Program-made: the position numbers and the translations under genes
IMG/VR virus record: IMGVR_UViG_3300033182_000678
Span: 1-64,000 of that record
DNA: 64,000 bases
Strand: one strand, 5' to 3'
DNA from: a virus
Notes under the pieces: generated by a model
Databases searched by the model: none
What the model saw: the letters and a program-made list of their open reading frames with translations, nothing else
What the model was told of the DNA's origin: nothing
Shown: piece after piece, positions 27,965 to 38,867 of the stretch
How the letters are laid out: each line of letters opens with the position of its first letter
How positions within the stretch are numbered: the stretch's first letter is position 1

Positions 27965-29158
27965 TCTTTTATCTTTAGTCTCTTCTGCCTTTTGTATTGT
28001 TGATTCTTGAAACCTCTCATCAGATGCTCGTGCCATTCCTGCACCACCACTATTTGGTCTCTTTGCCATCTCCATTCCAATACAACCTTGATATTCTGAA
28101 TCACTAAAGGTACTTATGAAATCATTCATAGGATTACAAATCTCTACCATATTTTTTTCACCTGCAGTTCGTGCAAATACATCCGCAATATTCACTAATA
28201 GATATCCACCACTCTTGATAGAAGGCCATATTTTTTTTATTGATTTCTGTAGAAAATTTTTATTCCAACTATCAATGTCTTTATACCTAACCCAACTTTG
28301 TGTATCATCATAACTATATCTCTCAACACTAAAGTAAGGTGGTGATGTGAATACGGTATCAAACATATCTTCATATTCTTTATAATCAACATCTTCGGCA
28401 GGTGATTCCAAGAACTGACAATCCTTATCAACCTCAAAGAACATATTTCTATGTGTATTATAGAAATCTTTTTGTTCCTTGTATATCGGATGGTTTTCTT
28501 TTCTTGGGTCTATTCCAAGATAAAATGCTCCTGTCTCACTTGCATAGAATCCTGCAAGTCTATCACCCCAACCCGCAGAGAAATCTAATATATTTCTACT
28601 CTGTAGTTTATCATATAATACTTTTGCAACATTTGGTTTGAATTGAGAACAAATATACTTTCTCAATCCAATCATTACACGAAATGCACTCTTATCAATC
28701 TTAGGTAACTTCAGAGAGTACGCAGACCCAATCAAGGTAGTCATAAACTTATGACTTTCCCATGTTCTCTGTGGGCCTGGTGCAATAGTTCCATCAACAC
28801 TCCACCTATTCTTTTGTTGGAAGTAATTACTTGCGTCATTACCTGTATTGTTTCTTTTGAAGTATTGTTGTTTACCTTCAAAAGTTAAATCATATCTATA
28901 CTTTGTACCCTCACGAGCAAACCATTCTCCTTCAACTAAAATTTCATTATGTCTCATACCTTTTAGTTTCTGAAGTTGTTTCAATGCGTCATTCTCGGTG
29001 ATATCCATGTATGGTGGTGGGTAAGACATCGCAACCTTTGCAAGACTTTCTCTTACATCTTGTTTATCAAAGGTTTTTTTGATGTAGTCCCACTCTTCCT
29101 CATCTATGAAGAGATAAGGTTCCATATCATAGAATTTGTCAAAGTACGATAGATACAT
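27929..29158 (-). CDS. SAM-dependent DNA amino-methyltransferase
   Basis: DFSAGWGDRL (motif I), FTSPPYF (motif IV). Confidence 0.8.
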   Translation of the reverse strand: MYLSYFDKFYDMEPYLFIDEEEWDYIKKTFDKQDVRESLAKVAMSYPPPYMDITENDALKQLQKLKGMRHNEILVEGEWFAREGTKYRYDLTFEGKQQYFKRNNTGNDASNYFQQKNRWSVDGTIAPGPQRTWESHKFMTTLIGSAYSLKLPKIDKSAFRVMIGLRKYICSQFKPNVAKVLYDKLQSRNILDFSAGWGDRLAGFYASETGAFYLGIDPRKENHPIYKEQKDFYNTHRNMFFEVDKDCQFLESPAEDVDYKEYEDMFDTVFTSPPYFSVERYSYDDTQSWVRYKDIDSWNKNFLQKSIKKIWPSIKSGGYLLVNIADVFARTAGEKNMVEICNPMNDFISTFSDSEYQGCIGMEMAKRPNSGGAGMARASDERFQESTIQKAEETKDKRFCEPIWIWKKL

Positions 29159-29889
29159 TATGGATTAGTTTGTGTTGATACTAAATAATACTCGGACTCA
29201 TAATCATCTATTGAGAAGTTAATCTTAGATATTCCCGCAGATGATACTTTCATAGTTGCATTTTGACACTCTTTATTAGCACTTAATATTTTTGAGAACA
29301 TTTCAGCACTGAATGAAATAGGTTCAATGTCTGAATAGTTATCTACACTAACAGGTATTGTAACTCTATTTGATGCAATGTTTGAGAATCCAATTACGAT
29401 ATTTACTTTATCATTGTCTGCAATGATTGTAAATGTTTCAGTTTCAGGTAGTGCACCTTTACCATTAATAAATGTACTGATGAAATATGAATCTAATTTT
29501 AACTCTAATTCAAATTCACTTGGTAAGTTTTTCAATGGTGGTGGTGTTGGTATAACACTTAAGTCACTCAACATATATTTTGATGTTGTTCCATAACTTG
29601 AGTCTTTCATCTGTAATGATACAAATTTTCCACCCATATTATCTATAGTGAAATCTACATCGTTACCAACTACTGAAAGTAGTGATAATAATTGTGAAGT
29701 GTTATACACTCCAATTTCACTTGGGTCAAATGCATCAAACTTTTCCATTTTAACACTACCAACAAGTTGTTTGTCACCTGATATGAATCGTGTTAATAGT
29801 GATTTACCATCTGATACAATCTTAGTAGACTTGATTTCTCCACCAAGATGATACTTGTTAATAAATCCAACTAATTTACTTTTATCCAT
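29158..29889 (-). CDS. sliding clamp (gp45/PCNA-like)
   Basis: Size, IGVYNT..LL..L, C-terminal SEYYLV, position between PolB and clamp loader. Confidence 0.75.
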   Translation of the reverse strand: MDKSKLVGFINKYHLGGEIKSTKIVSDGKSLLTRFISGDKQLVGSVKMEKFDAFDPSEIGVYNTSQLLSLLSVVGNDVDFTIDNMGGKFVSLQMKDSSYGTTSKYMLSDLSVIPTPPPLKNLPSEFELELKLDSYFISTFINGKGALPETETFTIIADNDKVNIVIGFSNIASNRVTIPVSVDNYSDIEPISFSAEMFSKILSANKECQNATMKVSSAGISKINFSIDDYESEYYLVSTQTNP

Positions 29890-29947
29890 TTGTTATTCTC
29901 CTATTGTTAATAATCTCTATAATACATATATACAAGAAAGTTCAAAA

Positions 29948-32455
29948 TCAAAAAAATCTTTCAATACTTTTTGTTTTATCTACTACATTGTCCCATGACA
30001 TTGCCTTGTAGAACATACCAATTTTCTTTGTCATTGCCTGTTCAAACATTCTATCATGGTCAATGTGAGTCTTAATTAATTCTAAAATCTGTGGTGGGTC
30101 TTCATAACCTTTATATGCAATTGTATCAAACCCAAACTCATTGTTCTTTAGATACACCCATTTAATCTTACTACCATTTATAATCTTTTCGTATTTCCTA
30201 CCCTCATACCAATATTCTAATAATGAATTATAATTGATAGCGGCCTTAACATGAACAGGTGTTCCTTTTTTATATGTACTGAATGGTGAATCATCATCTT
30301 TCACTTCATACTTTCCAATACCCTTTACACCAATTGGATTCGCCATAACATCATAATGTAAGTTAACCATGTTTCTTTTAAACAATGATATTCTTTCATC
30401 AATCTTTTCCTTTGGAACATCTGCCAATATATCTTCCAATACCTTACTTAATAATTCTTTCATAGCAACTGCAAAGTTACTACGAACCGTATCCAATCCT
30501 TTAACATGAATCTTATTTACCTTACGACCTGCATCATTGATAATTCTTAATCCATATCTTTTCTTTGTAATGAACAACCCACTCTTTGCAACTACCTCTT
30601 GTTTAATATCAAACACATGGTTTTCTTTCTCTACATTACAGAACTTCTTACCAAAGAAATTATAACTTTCATTTAGATAATCTTGTACCTCACTACAAAT
30701 CTCCATAATCCTTTGTGTCATCATTGTATCACTTAGTTTTTGATTAGGAAATCTCTTCTCAACCAATGGAATAGCAGAGGCAAAAATAGAATCAGTATCT
30801 ATGTATATCACATAATCATCATCAGTACCGAGTTCTTTATTATAAAAGTGATTCGTTATCTTCTTACTGAACTTAATTAAGGCTTGACCAGTGAGAGTTG
30901 TTGCCTCTGCATTATCCAAATCATAAAATCTAAATACAGGTAATCCCAATACACCATACATGGAATTCAAAATAATCTTTTGTATGTATTGTCTTCTATC
31001 AAAGTAATCTTCTAATTCTTTATTACCCTCATCATGATACTTCTTAACAAGTTTTCTCATCTCAACTCTTTCGTTGAACCACTTAGTTAGAAGTGCAGGA
31101 ATCAATCCTTGTTTATCTGTACGATATAAAACACCATTAGATGCAATACTAATCTCATTGGTTAATAGATAGTTTTCTAATTCACCATTTGTAAACTTAC
31201 CAATTTCTTTTTCTTTCTTATCTATCATGGTATATGTTTTTACCAAGTCCTTTTTTAAGAACTCCTCTGCATCCCAACCCTCAACCTTACCTAACTTAGT
31301 CTCAGGTGATATATTTAGACTACGAATCACACTTGGATACATAGATGTAATGTCCAAGTCATAAACCCAATCATGTTTACCTGCCTGTGGTTTCTGTACA
31401 TATGCACCTGCAAACTTATCATCATCAAATGTTTTTGGTCTTGGTGGTTTGTTTGGTGCAACAATACCAAGTTTTTTCAGATAAACTAATATTGCACCCT
31501 CAAGATATCTTGAACTCATAAACACTTCTTCATAAGGTATGTGTCCAAGGTGTGCAATACCTCGTGATATCTCAATCAAATTTAATTTCTTATCCAACTC
31601 AACTAATATTTTTACATCTCGGATGTTGTAATCAATGAATGTCTGTAAGTCATTTTCATACAAGTCATTAAGTGTTCCCTCATAATCAACCTTTTTTATA
31701 CCGACCTCTACTTCACCAATATAATCTAATCTATAACTTGATTGTTGAGAGAATGAAAACTTTCTATATAAAGATAGATAGTCTAAACAACTAACTCCTG
31801 CAATAACATATCTCTTTTTAACTTCATTGTAATATACTTCTGAGATAGGTGATAACAAGTTTGCCACACTAACACCCAATACATTTACTGCCCTATTATA
31901 TAGATAAGGAATATCAAAGAAGTCTGAGTTCCAACCACTTAATATTGTTGGTTTGATTTCTAAATACTTTTGGAAAAACTTGTTTAACATTTCGTATTCT
32001 GTATCATATACCTCTACAACTTTATTATCTTTTGTATATGATTGAAGTCTTTTCTTTGCATCAAACACATATGTAAAATATGTTTCTGTCATGAAATCAT
32101 ATAGTGCAATAGAAGTGATTACATTGTTTGCCTTCATCACATCAGGAAAACCATATGTAACCTCTACCTCAATATCAAAGAATACTTTTCTATGTCCATC
32201 TGAAACTTCATCTGAATCTGTATATTGGTCAACTAAAAATCTTGTTGTTGGTGGGACATCTGATTCATGTAGTGTTGGGTCATCTTTATCATAATTAAAT
32301 ACTTTCTTTACTCTATCACCATATAGTGAAACATGTTGACCATTTGAATTTTTTACATAGGCATATTTTTTGTAAGGAACAATAAGATAACCTCTTTTGT
32401 CATCAAATACATGCATTCTTTGTTTACGCACATCATACCAAATATTCTGATACAA
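29948..32455 (-). CDS. DNA polymerase family B
   Basis: DIE exonuclease I, DITSMYPS, KIILNSMYG, YIDTDS, KKRY. Confidence 0.97.
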   Translation of the reverse strand: MYQNIWYDVRKQRMHVFDDKRGYLIVPYKKYAYVKNSNGQHVSLYGDRVKKVFNYDKDDPTLHESDVPPTTRFLVDQYTDSDEVSDGHRKVFFDIEVEVTYGFPDVMKANNVITSIALYDFMTETYFTYVFDAKKRLQSYTKDNKVVEVYDTEYEMLNKFFQKYLEIKPTILSGWNSDFFDIPYLYNRAVNVLGVSVANLLSPISEVYYNEVKKRYVIAGVSCLDYLSLYRKFSFSQQSSYRLDYIGEVEVGIKKVDYEGTLNDLYENDLQTFIDYNIRDVKILVELDKKLNLIEISRGIAHLGHIPYEEVFMSSRYLEGAILVYLKKLGIVAPNKPPRPKTFDDDKFAGAYVQKPQAGKHDWVYDLDITSMYPSVIRSLNISPETKLGKVEGWDAEEFLKKDLVKTYTMIDKKEKEIGKFTNGELENYLLTNEISIASNGVLYRTDKQGLIPALLTKWFNERVEMRKLVKKYHDEGNKELEDYFDRRQYIQKIILNSMYGVLGLPVFRFYDLDNAEATTLTGQALIKFSKKITNHFYNKELGTDDDYVIYIDTDSIFASAIPLVEKRFPNQKLSDTMMTQRIMEICSEVQDYLNESYNFFGKKFCNVEKENHVFDIKQEVVAKSGLFITKKRYGLRIINDAGRKVNKIHVKGLDTVRSNFAVAMKELLSKVLEDILADVPKEKIDERISLFKRNMVNLHYDVMANPIGVKGIGKYEVKDDDSPFSTYKKGTPVHVKAAINYNSLLEYWYEGRKYEKIINGSKIKWVYLKNNEFGFDTIAYKGYEDPPQILELIKTHIDHDRMFEQAMTKKIGMFYKAMSWDNVVDKTKSIERFF

Positions 32456-32578
32456 TCTTAGCCTCTCTCTCGTCTTTTAATCCAAGACTTTTTAACTTTC
32501 TCAGATAAATTTTAGAACCTCTTTTGTTTAGTAATAAATAGTATTATTTTTTTTCAATCTTTAAATTATTTTTGTAAG

Positions 32579-32607
32579 TGGGGGGAAATAAATGATATTC
32601 CCCCCAT
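32579..32607 (-). terminator. GC-rich hairpin after the TonB receptor gene
   Basis: G6/C6 stem just after the stop; lacks a clean U-tract. Confidence 0.5.
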
Positions 32608-32615
32608 AATTACAA

Positions 32616-35351
32616 TTAGAAGTTAATACTCACTCCAATATTTGCATATCTTGGTGTTCCTAAGAATACCTCAGCGTTATGTGGAGCGTGTACTTTATCA
32701 CCCCAACTATTGTATTGTGAATTATCAACTGCATCTTGTACAAATACTTCATCAAGAGCATTGAAGATATGACCTGTTAAGGAAATATCATATCCCTTGA
32801 TTGGAAGTTTGTATGATGCGTGTAAATCAAGTTTTGAGTAGCCTGGTGCTTCCCAAACTTGAGCTCTGTCTGCATCTGAATCACTACCATCGTATTCACG
32901 AGCTGATGGTGACCAATCTGCATAGTTTTTGTCGTATGTCTTGTATAGTGCCTGTAGTCTTAGACCTTTTAATGGTTTAAGAGTAACACCTAAAATATAA
33001 GATGTTTGTGGCATATCACCAACATATAGACCATCAAGAGCATATTGATACTCTGTAGTTGTTAATCCAACTACTTGACCTTCTTCATTATACTCATTCT
33101 CTTGATAAGTACCCTCTGCATCTCCATCAAATTTCCAATTACCAAATGATGCAATTAAATCAAGTTCAACTAAATCATTAGGTTTTACTTTGGTTTCAAT
33201 TTCAATACCTGAGTGTTTTTGATTTACACCTCTTAGGAAGATAATATCAGTATCACCTGATGAACCTTGACCTGTTGTTACAGATTTTGTAAGGTTTCTA
33301 TCTTGCCAATCAGTATCATAGGCACTTACTCTAACTCCAAGTTTTTGTGTACCGAAGTTTGCACCAATCTCATTATGTAGGAACTTTTCGTTCGCTGGGT
33401 CTGATGCTACGGTTCCATCAAAGTAGATAACATTATCTAAGATAGGAGCTTTTTCTACAAGTCCTGTATTTACGAATAATCCAAGATTATCGTTTACATT
33501 AAATAATGCACCACCTTTAACTTGGTAAGTAGTGATTGGGTCTGCAGTTATTACTGCATCCTCAATAGTGAAGTGGTCTTGATAAGAGTATTCAATACTT
33601 GATACTCCACCCATACCATATAGGTTTAGTTTTTCTGTAGTGTAATTACCTTGTACAAATCCACCAATCCAATCTACGGTTGTTTCATTGAAGTATGCAA
33701 TCTCGTCACCGAGTCTTACGACTTTACCTTCTTCAAAGTTGTCGTCTGCATAATCAACATAGTAATCACCACCCAATAAATCACGAACTTCACGAGCGTG
33801 TTCTATACGAGCAGTTCTCCAATCAATACCTGTTTGTAATTCTAAATTATCACTAACTACATAGTTTAGTTTAGAAATCAAACCATAGGTATTTTGACGA
33901 TTAATAGAGTTTCTTAAGATACCTGTTGAACGATTTTCAGTAATTGAGAAGTTCTCATCAATGTTATCAGAATTTTGTGCAATCTCAGCATCCCAATCCC
34001 ATGTCCAAGGTGAACTTGCATACCAAGCATTTCCTTCAATGGCTGGTTTTCTACTGACACTACCATAAGTTCCAGTACCACCACCAGAACCACCACTCCA
34101 ATACAATACTGAACTTAGTCTTGTCTTGTCATTGATGGTTAAGAAGTGATTTAAATTCACTAATGGTTTGTGAAAGAAGTTTTCTCTTTCGTTCAAGAAG
34201 TTCTTGTTGAATCTACTTGTTGTGTTCGCTCCATACATATACCAGTATTGTTTACCTGTATATGATGGGTCAATAGGTGCGACATTCTGATTGAACAATC
34301 TACCAGCTTCAGTAGAGAATTTGTTACCTTCTGCAAATGCATCAGTATCATATCCATCAATACTACCTGCTAACTCTTGTGAGTAAGTTGCAATATTCTG
34401 TTTGTATAGATTTTGTCCATGTCGTTGTGGAGCACCGATGGCGTATAATTCAAATCGTTGGTCTTCACTTACTGCATAACTACCACCAAAGTAGTATGCC
34501 CAAGCATCAGTCCATGTACCATCTATAATTCCATCACCAGTTTTACGAACAATAGTTCCACTTAAAGCCAACTTGTCATTTAATAATAGACCAGTATTGT
34601 AGTTGAAAGTAGTTTTAAGAAAACCACCATCTCCAGCTTCTTGTTTGAACTTCCCACCTTTTTCAAAAGATGTAGGGTCGGTTATGATGTTCATAGTTCC
34701 ACCAATAGAAGGTGTTGCCAAATTAACAGCTGATAGACCTCTCTGAACCTGAATTGAAGATGTAGCATCACCTACTCCATCCCAATTAGACCAGTAAACC
34801 CATCCGTTCTCCATATCATTTTGGGGAACACCATTTATCATCACTGCAACATTTCTTTGATTAAAACCACGAATGTTGATACGAGCATCACCCGCACCAC
34901 CACCTTGTTGTGTTGCATATACACTTGGTGTAGTGTTAAGAATCATTGGAATGTCTTGTGAACCAAGTCTTACTTCCATTTCTTCTTTACTAACATTAGT
35001 ATAGGCCACAGGTGTTGTTTCAGATGCACGAGATGCTAACACCTCAACATCTGATAAGGAAACTACATCAAAATCCAATACGAAGTTTAATGTAGTGATA
35101 CCCTCAACAACTACTGATTTAGTTATTGAAGAGTAACCAATGAAAGAAGCCACTACATCATAGGTTCCATTAGAAACATCAATAGAAAAAGCACCATCTT
35201 TATCTGATACTCCACCTAAATCTGTTCCAAGAACTACAACATTAGCTCCCTCAAGTGGTTTTGAGTCAACATCAACAATAGTTCCAACAATAGATTGTGC
35301 GAACAATCCTGTCATCAATACCATTGATGCTAATAGATTACGATATTTCAT
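32616..35351 (-). CDS. TonB-dependent outer-membrane receptor with N-terminal carboxypeptidase-regulatory-like domain
   Basis: Signal peptide, PLEGANV/ASFIGY domain, plug INIRGF...INGVP, C-terminal Phe. Confidence 0.93.
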   Translation of the reverse strand: MKYRNLLASMVLMTGLFAQSIVGTIVDVDSKPLEGANVVVLGTDLGGVSDKDGAFSIDVSNGTYDVVASFIGYSSITKSVVVEGITTLNFVLDFDVVSLSDVEVLASRASETTPVAYTNVSKEEMEVRLGSQDIPMILNTTPSVYATQQGGGAGDARINIRGFNQRNVAVMINGVPQNDMENGWVYWSNWDGVGDATSSIQVQRGLSAVNLATPSIGGTMNIITDPTSFEKGGKFKQEAGDGGFLKTTFNYNTGLLLNDKLALSGTIVRKTGDGIIDGTWTDAWAYYFGGSYAVSEDQRFELYAIGAPQRHGQNLYKQNIATYSQELAGSIDGYDTDAFAEGNKFSTEAGRLFNQNVAPIDPSYTGKQYWYMYGANTTSRFNKNFLNERENFFHKPLVNLNHFLTINDKTRLSSVLYWSGGSGGGTGTYGSVSRKPAIEGNAWYASSPWTWDWDAEIAQNSDNIDENFSITENRSTGILRNSINRQNTYGLISKLNYVVSDNLELQTGIDWRTARIEHAREVRDLLGGDYYVDYADDNFEEGKVVRLGDEIAYFNETTVDWIGGFVQGNYTTEKLNLYGMGGVSSIEYSYQDHFTIEDAVITADPITTYQVKGGALFNVNDNLGLFVNTGLVEKAPILDNVIYFDGTVASDPANEKFLHNEIGANFGTQKLGVRVSAYDTDWQDRNLTKSVTTGQGSSGDTDIIFLRGVNQKHSGIEIETKVKPNDLVELDLIASFGNWKFDGDAEGTYQENEYNEEGQVVGLTTTEYQYALDGLYVGDMPQTSYILGVTLKPLKGLRLQALYKTYDKNYADWSPSAREYDGSDSDADRAQVWEAPGYSKLDLHASYKLPIKGYDISLTGHIFNALDEVFVQDAVDNSQYNSWGDKVHAPHNAEVFLGTPRYANIGVSINF

Positions 35352-35381
35352 AATCATCTCCTTGTTTGTTTACTTGTGAAC

Positions 35382-35414
35382 AGCACATTTTTATTCTGGT
35401 GTGCTTTCTGCCAG
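35382..35414 (-). promoter_or_regulatory. candidate H-type pseudoknot in the receptor mRNA leader
   Basis: CUGG-CAGAA-AGCACA-CCAG-AAUAAAAA-UGUGCU. Confidence 0.45.
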
Positions 35415-35428
35415 GGTATGTGAAATTT

Positions 35429-37843
35429 TTAACCATTTGCATATTCTTGGTCATCATTATCACCTGCGGTTGGTGTGATTTCTTCTATATCACAAAAATC
35501 ACCATCACAGAATTTCTCAACATTTGCCTCTTCTGCTTTAATTACACCGAATGATAACTTACCTAATTTTTTAATTTGTTTATTGTATTCTTTTTCATCT
35601 ATTGCCTCATATGGCATTTGTGGATATGCACCCCAATCATGTCTTGGTAATAGTGATATACCCTTTAGATGATATTGGAAATAATTCAATACATTTGGTA
35701 TTTCATCTCCCTCTGTTTCAGGATTGAATGTTACGGTACAACTTACTTGGTTATCCGCCCAATGTCTTTGTAGGAATGCTGCTAATGAGAATTGTTCCCA
35801 TATACTTAAATCTTTAGCAGTTCTAATTCCCTCACCTACATCAACTGGTATCTCAACAACTAATGTGGAATCTTCTGAACCAAAAGCAGGTTCAATTTTG
35901 TAACCTGCTTTTTTCAATGGTTCTACTAAATCCGAATTAATTGATAACCTAATTCTTCTAATGTAAAATCTTGATTCAGGATAATGTAAACCTGGTGTTG
36001 AACCTGCTAATAATGATACGGTTCCACTTGGTTTTACACTTGTGGTTTTGATTGATTTTGGAATTGCAAACCAATCTGAATACATCTTATCCCACTCTTG
36101 TATTGTATCATATCCATTCTCCAACCAATTTTTAAACTCATCTAATCCACGATTAGTTACAAACTGAGCTACACCACTAACACTACATCCAATTCTTCTG
36201 TTTCTCAACATCACTCTGTTTGTGTCAGCCCAATGTGTTCTACCAAGTGTTACAGTCTTGGCATATAGATAAGCATATTTAAGTGTTCTCTGATAATCCT
36301 CTAACGAATCATGATTACTTGGAAATGTTTCCACTAAACAACATAACTCATATGATTCAAGTGATTGTTCAAGACAATTATGGATAAACAAACCAGATGA
36401 ACACAAATACTTATCATCCAAAGTAGATGTTATCACACCAAAATTATGTGTATCTTCAACGGTCATATCATAAACATCTTCATATCCATAAAACTCAACT
36501 GATGCAATTTTATGATTCCAAATACCCTGATTGACCATTCCTCTTTTAACATTGGAACAAGAATAACTACAAGTTTTTCTTTTGGATGCTTGATATTCTG
36601 TAAGTGTTTTATGTTCGTTACACACAGGACAATTCCAATTTACCCAAATTGTTCTTTCTTTTCTTTTATCTGATATATGCTTTCTAACACTTTTAGTCAT
36701 TCCATTTTTAATTGATTCAATCATAAAATCTCTTTGATTATTCCAATTTTCTTTTGATTTTTTACCAATCTTTTTTAATGTAGATTTTTTATGATGTTTA
36801 CCATACATACTATTTCTTTCACCAAAATGACCACCATTTTCAAGAGTAGTTTTTTTCATCTTTTCTACATTTACAGGGTCATGCATTGGATTTTTATCTA
36901 ATCTATGTAATCTACTATGTTCCGATTGAGTTATTACATCTAAATTATCCCACCTGTCATTTGTCTTATCAAAATCTTTATGATGAATAGCATATTCTTT
37001 AGCATCAGGTATGTAACCAAGTTCATATTCTGTAATCAATCTATATTGTCTTATACCACTTGCTCTTTTACCAGTTCCTCTTATGTTCCTATAACCTTTG
37101 TTGTCAAAACTATTAAATGGAAATACCGATTCACCTTCTTGTAAATCTTTAAGTTCTTTATATTCACCATTTCTCAACATAATTTTATGGTCAGGTGTAG
37201 CTAACAAATTAGAACCGTCATCTAATGTTAGTTTCCATATTTCAGTATTTTCTTTTGTTTTCCAAGTTTTAGTTGATTGTTTAATAACTACTTTACCATT
37301 TTTATCAACAGAATAAACTGGATATTGAGTACCAACCAAATCTTTAATTGGAACTGCGTTTCTACCATCAGCTACTGCCACTAATGTATCACCAACTACA
37401 CAAGGATTACCACCAGCTACTCTATGGTCTTTATCATCCCCACCATTCTTCATTCTTGAATAGTGTCTCATGTTATCTAACCAAGCCAAACCTGGTTCTC
37501 CGTTATCTACGATTCTTTTTGCGATTTCTGTATAATCCATACCGAGTTCTGCAAATACTGAATTGTTTGATGTCCAACCATATTGGTCTCTATGTGGATT
37601 GACTTTGTAATTTTTCAAGTCTAAATACTCTTCTGAGTCAGGGTCACCAAATACAATTTCTGCAGTATTGTGTGATACAATAGTTTCATCAATATCATTT
37701 TTTGGATTTTTAACAAAGAAGTGATGTTTATCTTCTACTTCAATATCCCACGTCTTTTCTATTTTTCCTTCATCTATTATATCCATAATAGTAACAAGCT
37801 CAAAATCTTCTAAATTAAAATCATTTATACCATATTGATTCAT
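35429..37843 (-). CDS. nrdJ: class II ribonucleotide reductase C-terminal part; begins with split-intein IntC and contains a cis intein
   Basis: IVSHN|TAEIVFG; GGNP|intein|CLEQ..ELCCLVE; TSVKPSGTVS; C-terminal FCDGDFC. Confidence 0.93.
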   Translation of the reverse strand: MNQYGINDFNLEDFELVTIMDIIDEGKIEKTWDIEVEDKHHFFVKNPKNDIDETIVSHNTAEIVFGDPDSEEYLDLKNYKVNPHRDQYGWTSNNSVFAELGMDYTEIAKRIVDNGEPGLAWLDNMRHYSRMKNGGDDKDHRVAGGNPCVVGDTLVAVADGRNAVPIKDLVGTQYPVYSVDKNGKVVIKQSTKTWKTKENTEIWKLTLDDGSNLLATPDHKIMLRNGEYKELKDLQEGESVFPFNSFDNKGYRNIRGTGKRASGIRQYRLITEYELGYIPDAKEYAIHHKDFDKTNDRWDNLDVITQSEHSRLHRLDKNPMHDPVNVEKMKKTTLENGGHFGERNSMYGKHHKKSTLKKIGKKSKENWNNQRDFMIESIKNGMTKSVRKHISDKRKERTIWVNWNCPVCNEHKTLTEYQASKRKTCSYSCSNVKRGMVNQGIWNHKIASVEFYGYEDVYDMTVEDTHNFGVITSTLDDKYLCSSGLFIHNCLEQSLESYELCCLVETFPSNHDSLEDYQRTLKYAYLYAKTVTLGRTHWADTNRVMLRNRRIGCSVSGVAQFVTNRGLDEFKNWLENGYDTIQEWDKMYSDWFAIPKSIKTTSVKPSGTVSLLAGSTPGLHYPESRFYIRRIRLSINSDLVEPLKKAGYKIEPAFGSEDSTLVVEIPVDVGEGIRTAKDLSIWEQFSLAAFLQRHWADNQVSCTVTFNPETEGDEIPNVLNYFQYHLKGISLLPRHDWGAYPQMPYEAIDEKEYNKQIKKLGKLSFGVIKAEEANVEKFCDGDFCDIEEITPTAGDNDDQEYANG
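36377..37402 (-). mobile_element. contiguous 342-aa intein with HNH endonuclease, NUMOD3-like and Zn-finger segments
   Basis: CVVGDT start, TPDH block B, HHKDFDKTNDRWDNL, NSMYGKHH, IHN|C end. Confidence 0.92.
37667..37843 (-). mobile_element. split intein C-fragment (59 aa) of nrdJ
   Basis: WDIEVEDKHHFFV...SHN followed by Thr+1. Confidence 0.9.
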
Positions 37844-37854
37844 AATTTTATCTC

Positions 37855-38805
37855 CTAATAAACGTCTAACTTGAAATCAAATCCAAGTGATTTCACAGCG
37901 TTAAATTTTAACTTATTTTTTTCTTTGTCAAATTCAAGTGTATAAGTACTTTTTGTTTCAACAATTAGATTATCTTTGGGTATATAAAAATCTGGATAAT
38001 ATCGTCTTTTTTTACCATCATAATTATACCATATTTCTGGCATATCTCTCTTTCTATATAAAATATCATTTTCTTTAAATCCTAATTCAAATAACCTATC
38101 TAATGTTTTATTTTCATACCCTTGAATTTTAATTTTCTTTCCCGATGGCATTATATAAAATTTATTAGTGTTATAATATCCACGATACCCACTCAATGCC
38201 TTTTCTGCAAACTCTGGATTATGCATTGCATTTTCTACACCATACAATTCTAACATTCTGTCTCTAAATTCTTTAGTTCCAAATTTGAAATAATCTTTTC
38301 TACCGTACCTTTCAATAATTGTTTCTTTAACCTTCTTCTTAAACTCATCTGTCTGTGTATAATAATCAACGCCATATTCTTTATTTATAAAATCTTTTCT
38401 AATTTGTTTATACTCATCAGAATTCACATACGCTGTAGCACCGTATTTTTCTAAATTAGTTTTCATTGTCTTATGTTTAATTTCCGGAATTTGTTGTGCA
38501 TTATTCACACCGTATCTTCTTTGGAAAGTTTTTATCTTCTTCTCCATTATTTCAGTTTCATTACGCTTTTCTTGTATTTTTTTAATAGAATCTGGAAATT
38601 GAAAGGTGTTTTCATATCCATATTTTTCCTTCATCAATTTAGATTGGTGTTTATATCTCATTTTTTTTGCTTTATTACTCCACGTACATTTCTTACTACA
38701 ATAAAATAAACCACTTTCAAGTCTTAGCCTATAATCTCTATTCTTTTTTGTTTCATACTCTACTCCACAAATCCTACATTTTATTTTTACAATTTCAAGT
38801 GCCAT
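37855..38805 (-). CDS. free-standing putative homing endonuclease between the nrdJ halves
   Basis: Zn finger, repeated (E/R)KYG units, C-terminal YYPDFY...IVETKS PD-(D/E)XK. Confidence 0.8.
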   Translation of the reverse strand: MALEIVKIKCRICGVEYETKKNRDYRLRLESGLFYCSKKCTWSNKAKKMRYKHQSKLMKEKYGYENTFQFPDSIKKIQEKRNETEIMEKKIKTFQRRYGVNNAQQIPEIKHKTMKTNLEKYGATAYVNSDEYKQIRKDFINKEYGVDYYTQTDEFKKKVKETIIERYGRKDYFKFGTKEFRDRMLELYGVENAMHNPEFAEKALSGYRGYYNTNKFYIMPSGKKIKIQGYENKTLDRLFELGFKENDILYRKRDMPEIWYNYDGKKRRYYPDFYIPKDNLIVETKSTYTLEFDKEKNKLKFNAVKSLGFDFKLDVY

Positions 38806-38867
38806 TTTATTTCTCCTACATTCAATAATAAATATAAGAAAAGATAAAAAACATACGTTCCCTGATA

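Noticed and set aside
35358-35428. Cobalamin riboswitch upstream of the TonB receptor
   Set aside because: The gap is short and I see no B12-box or other cobalamin-riboswitch consensus
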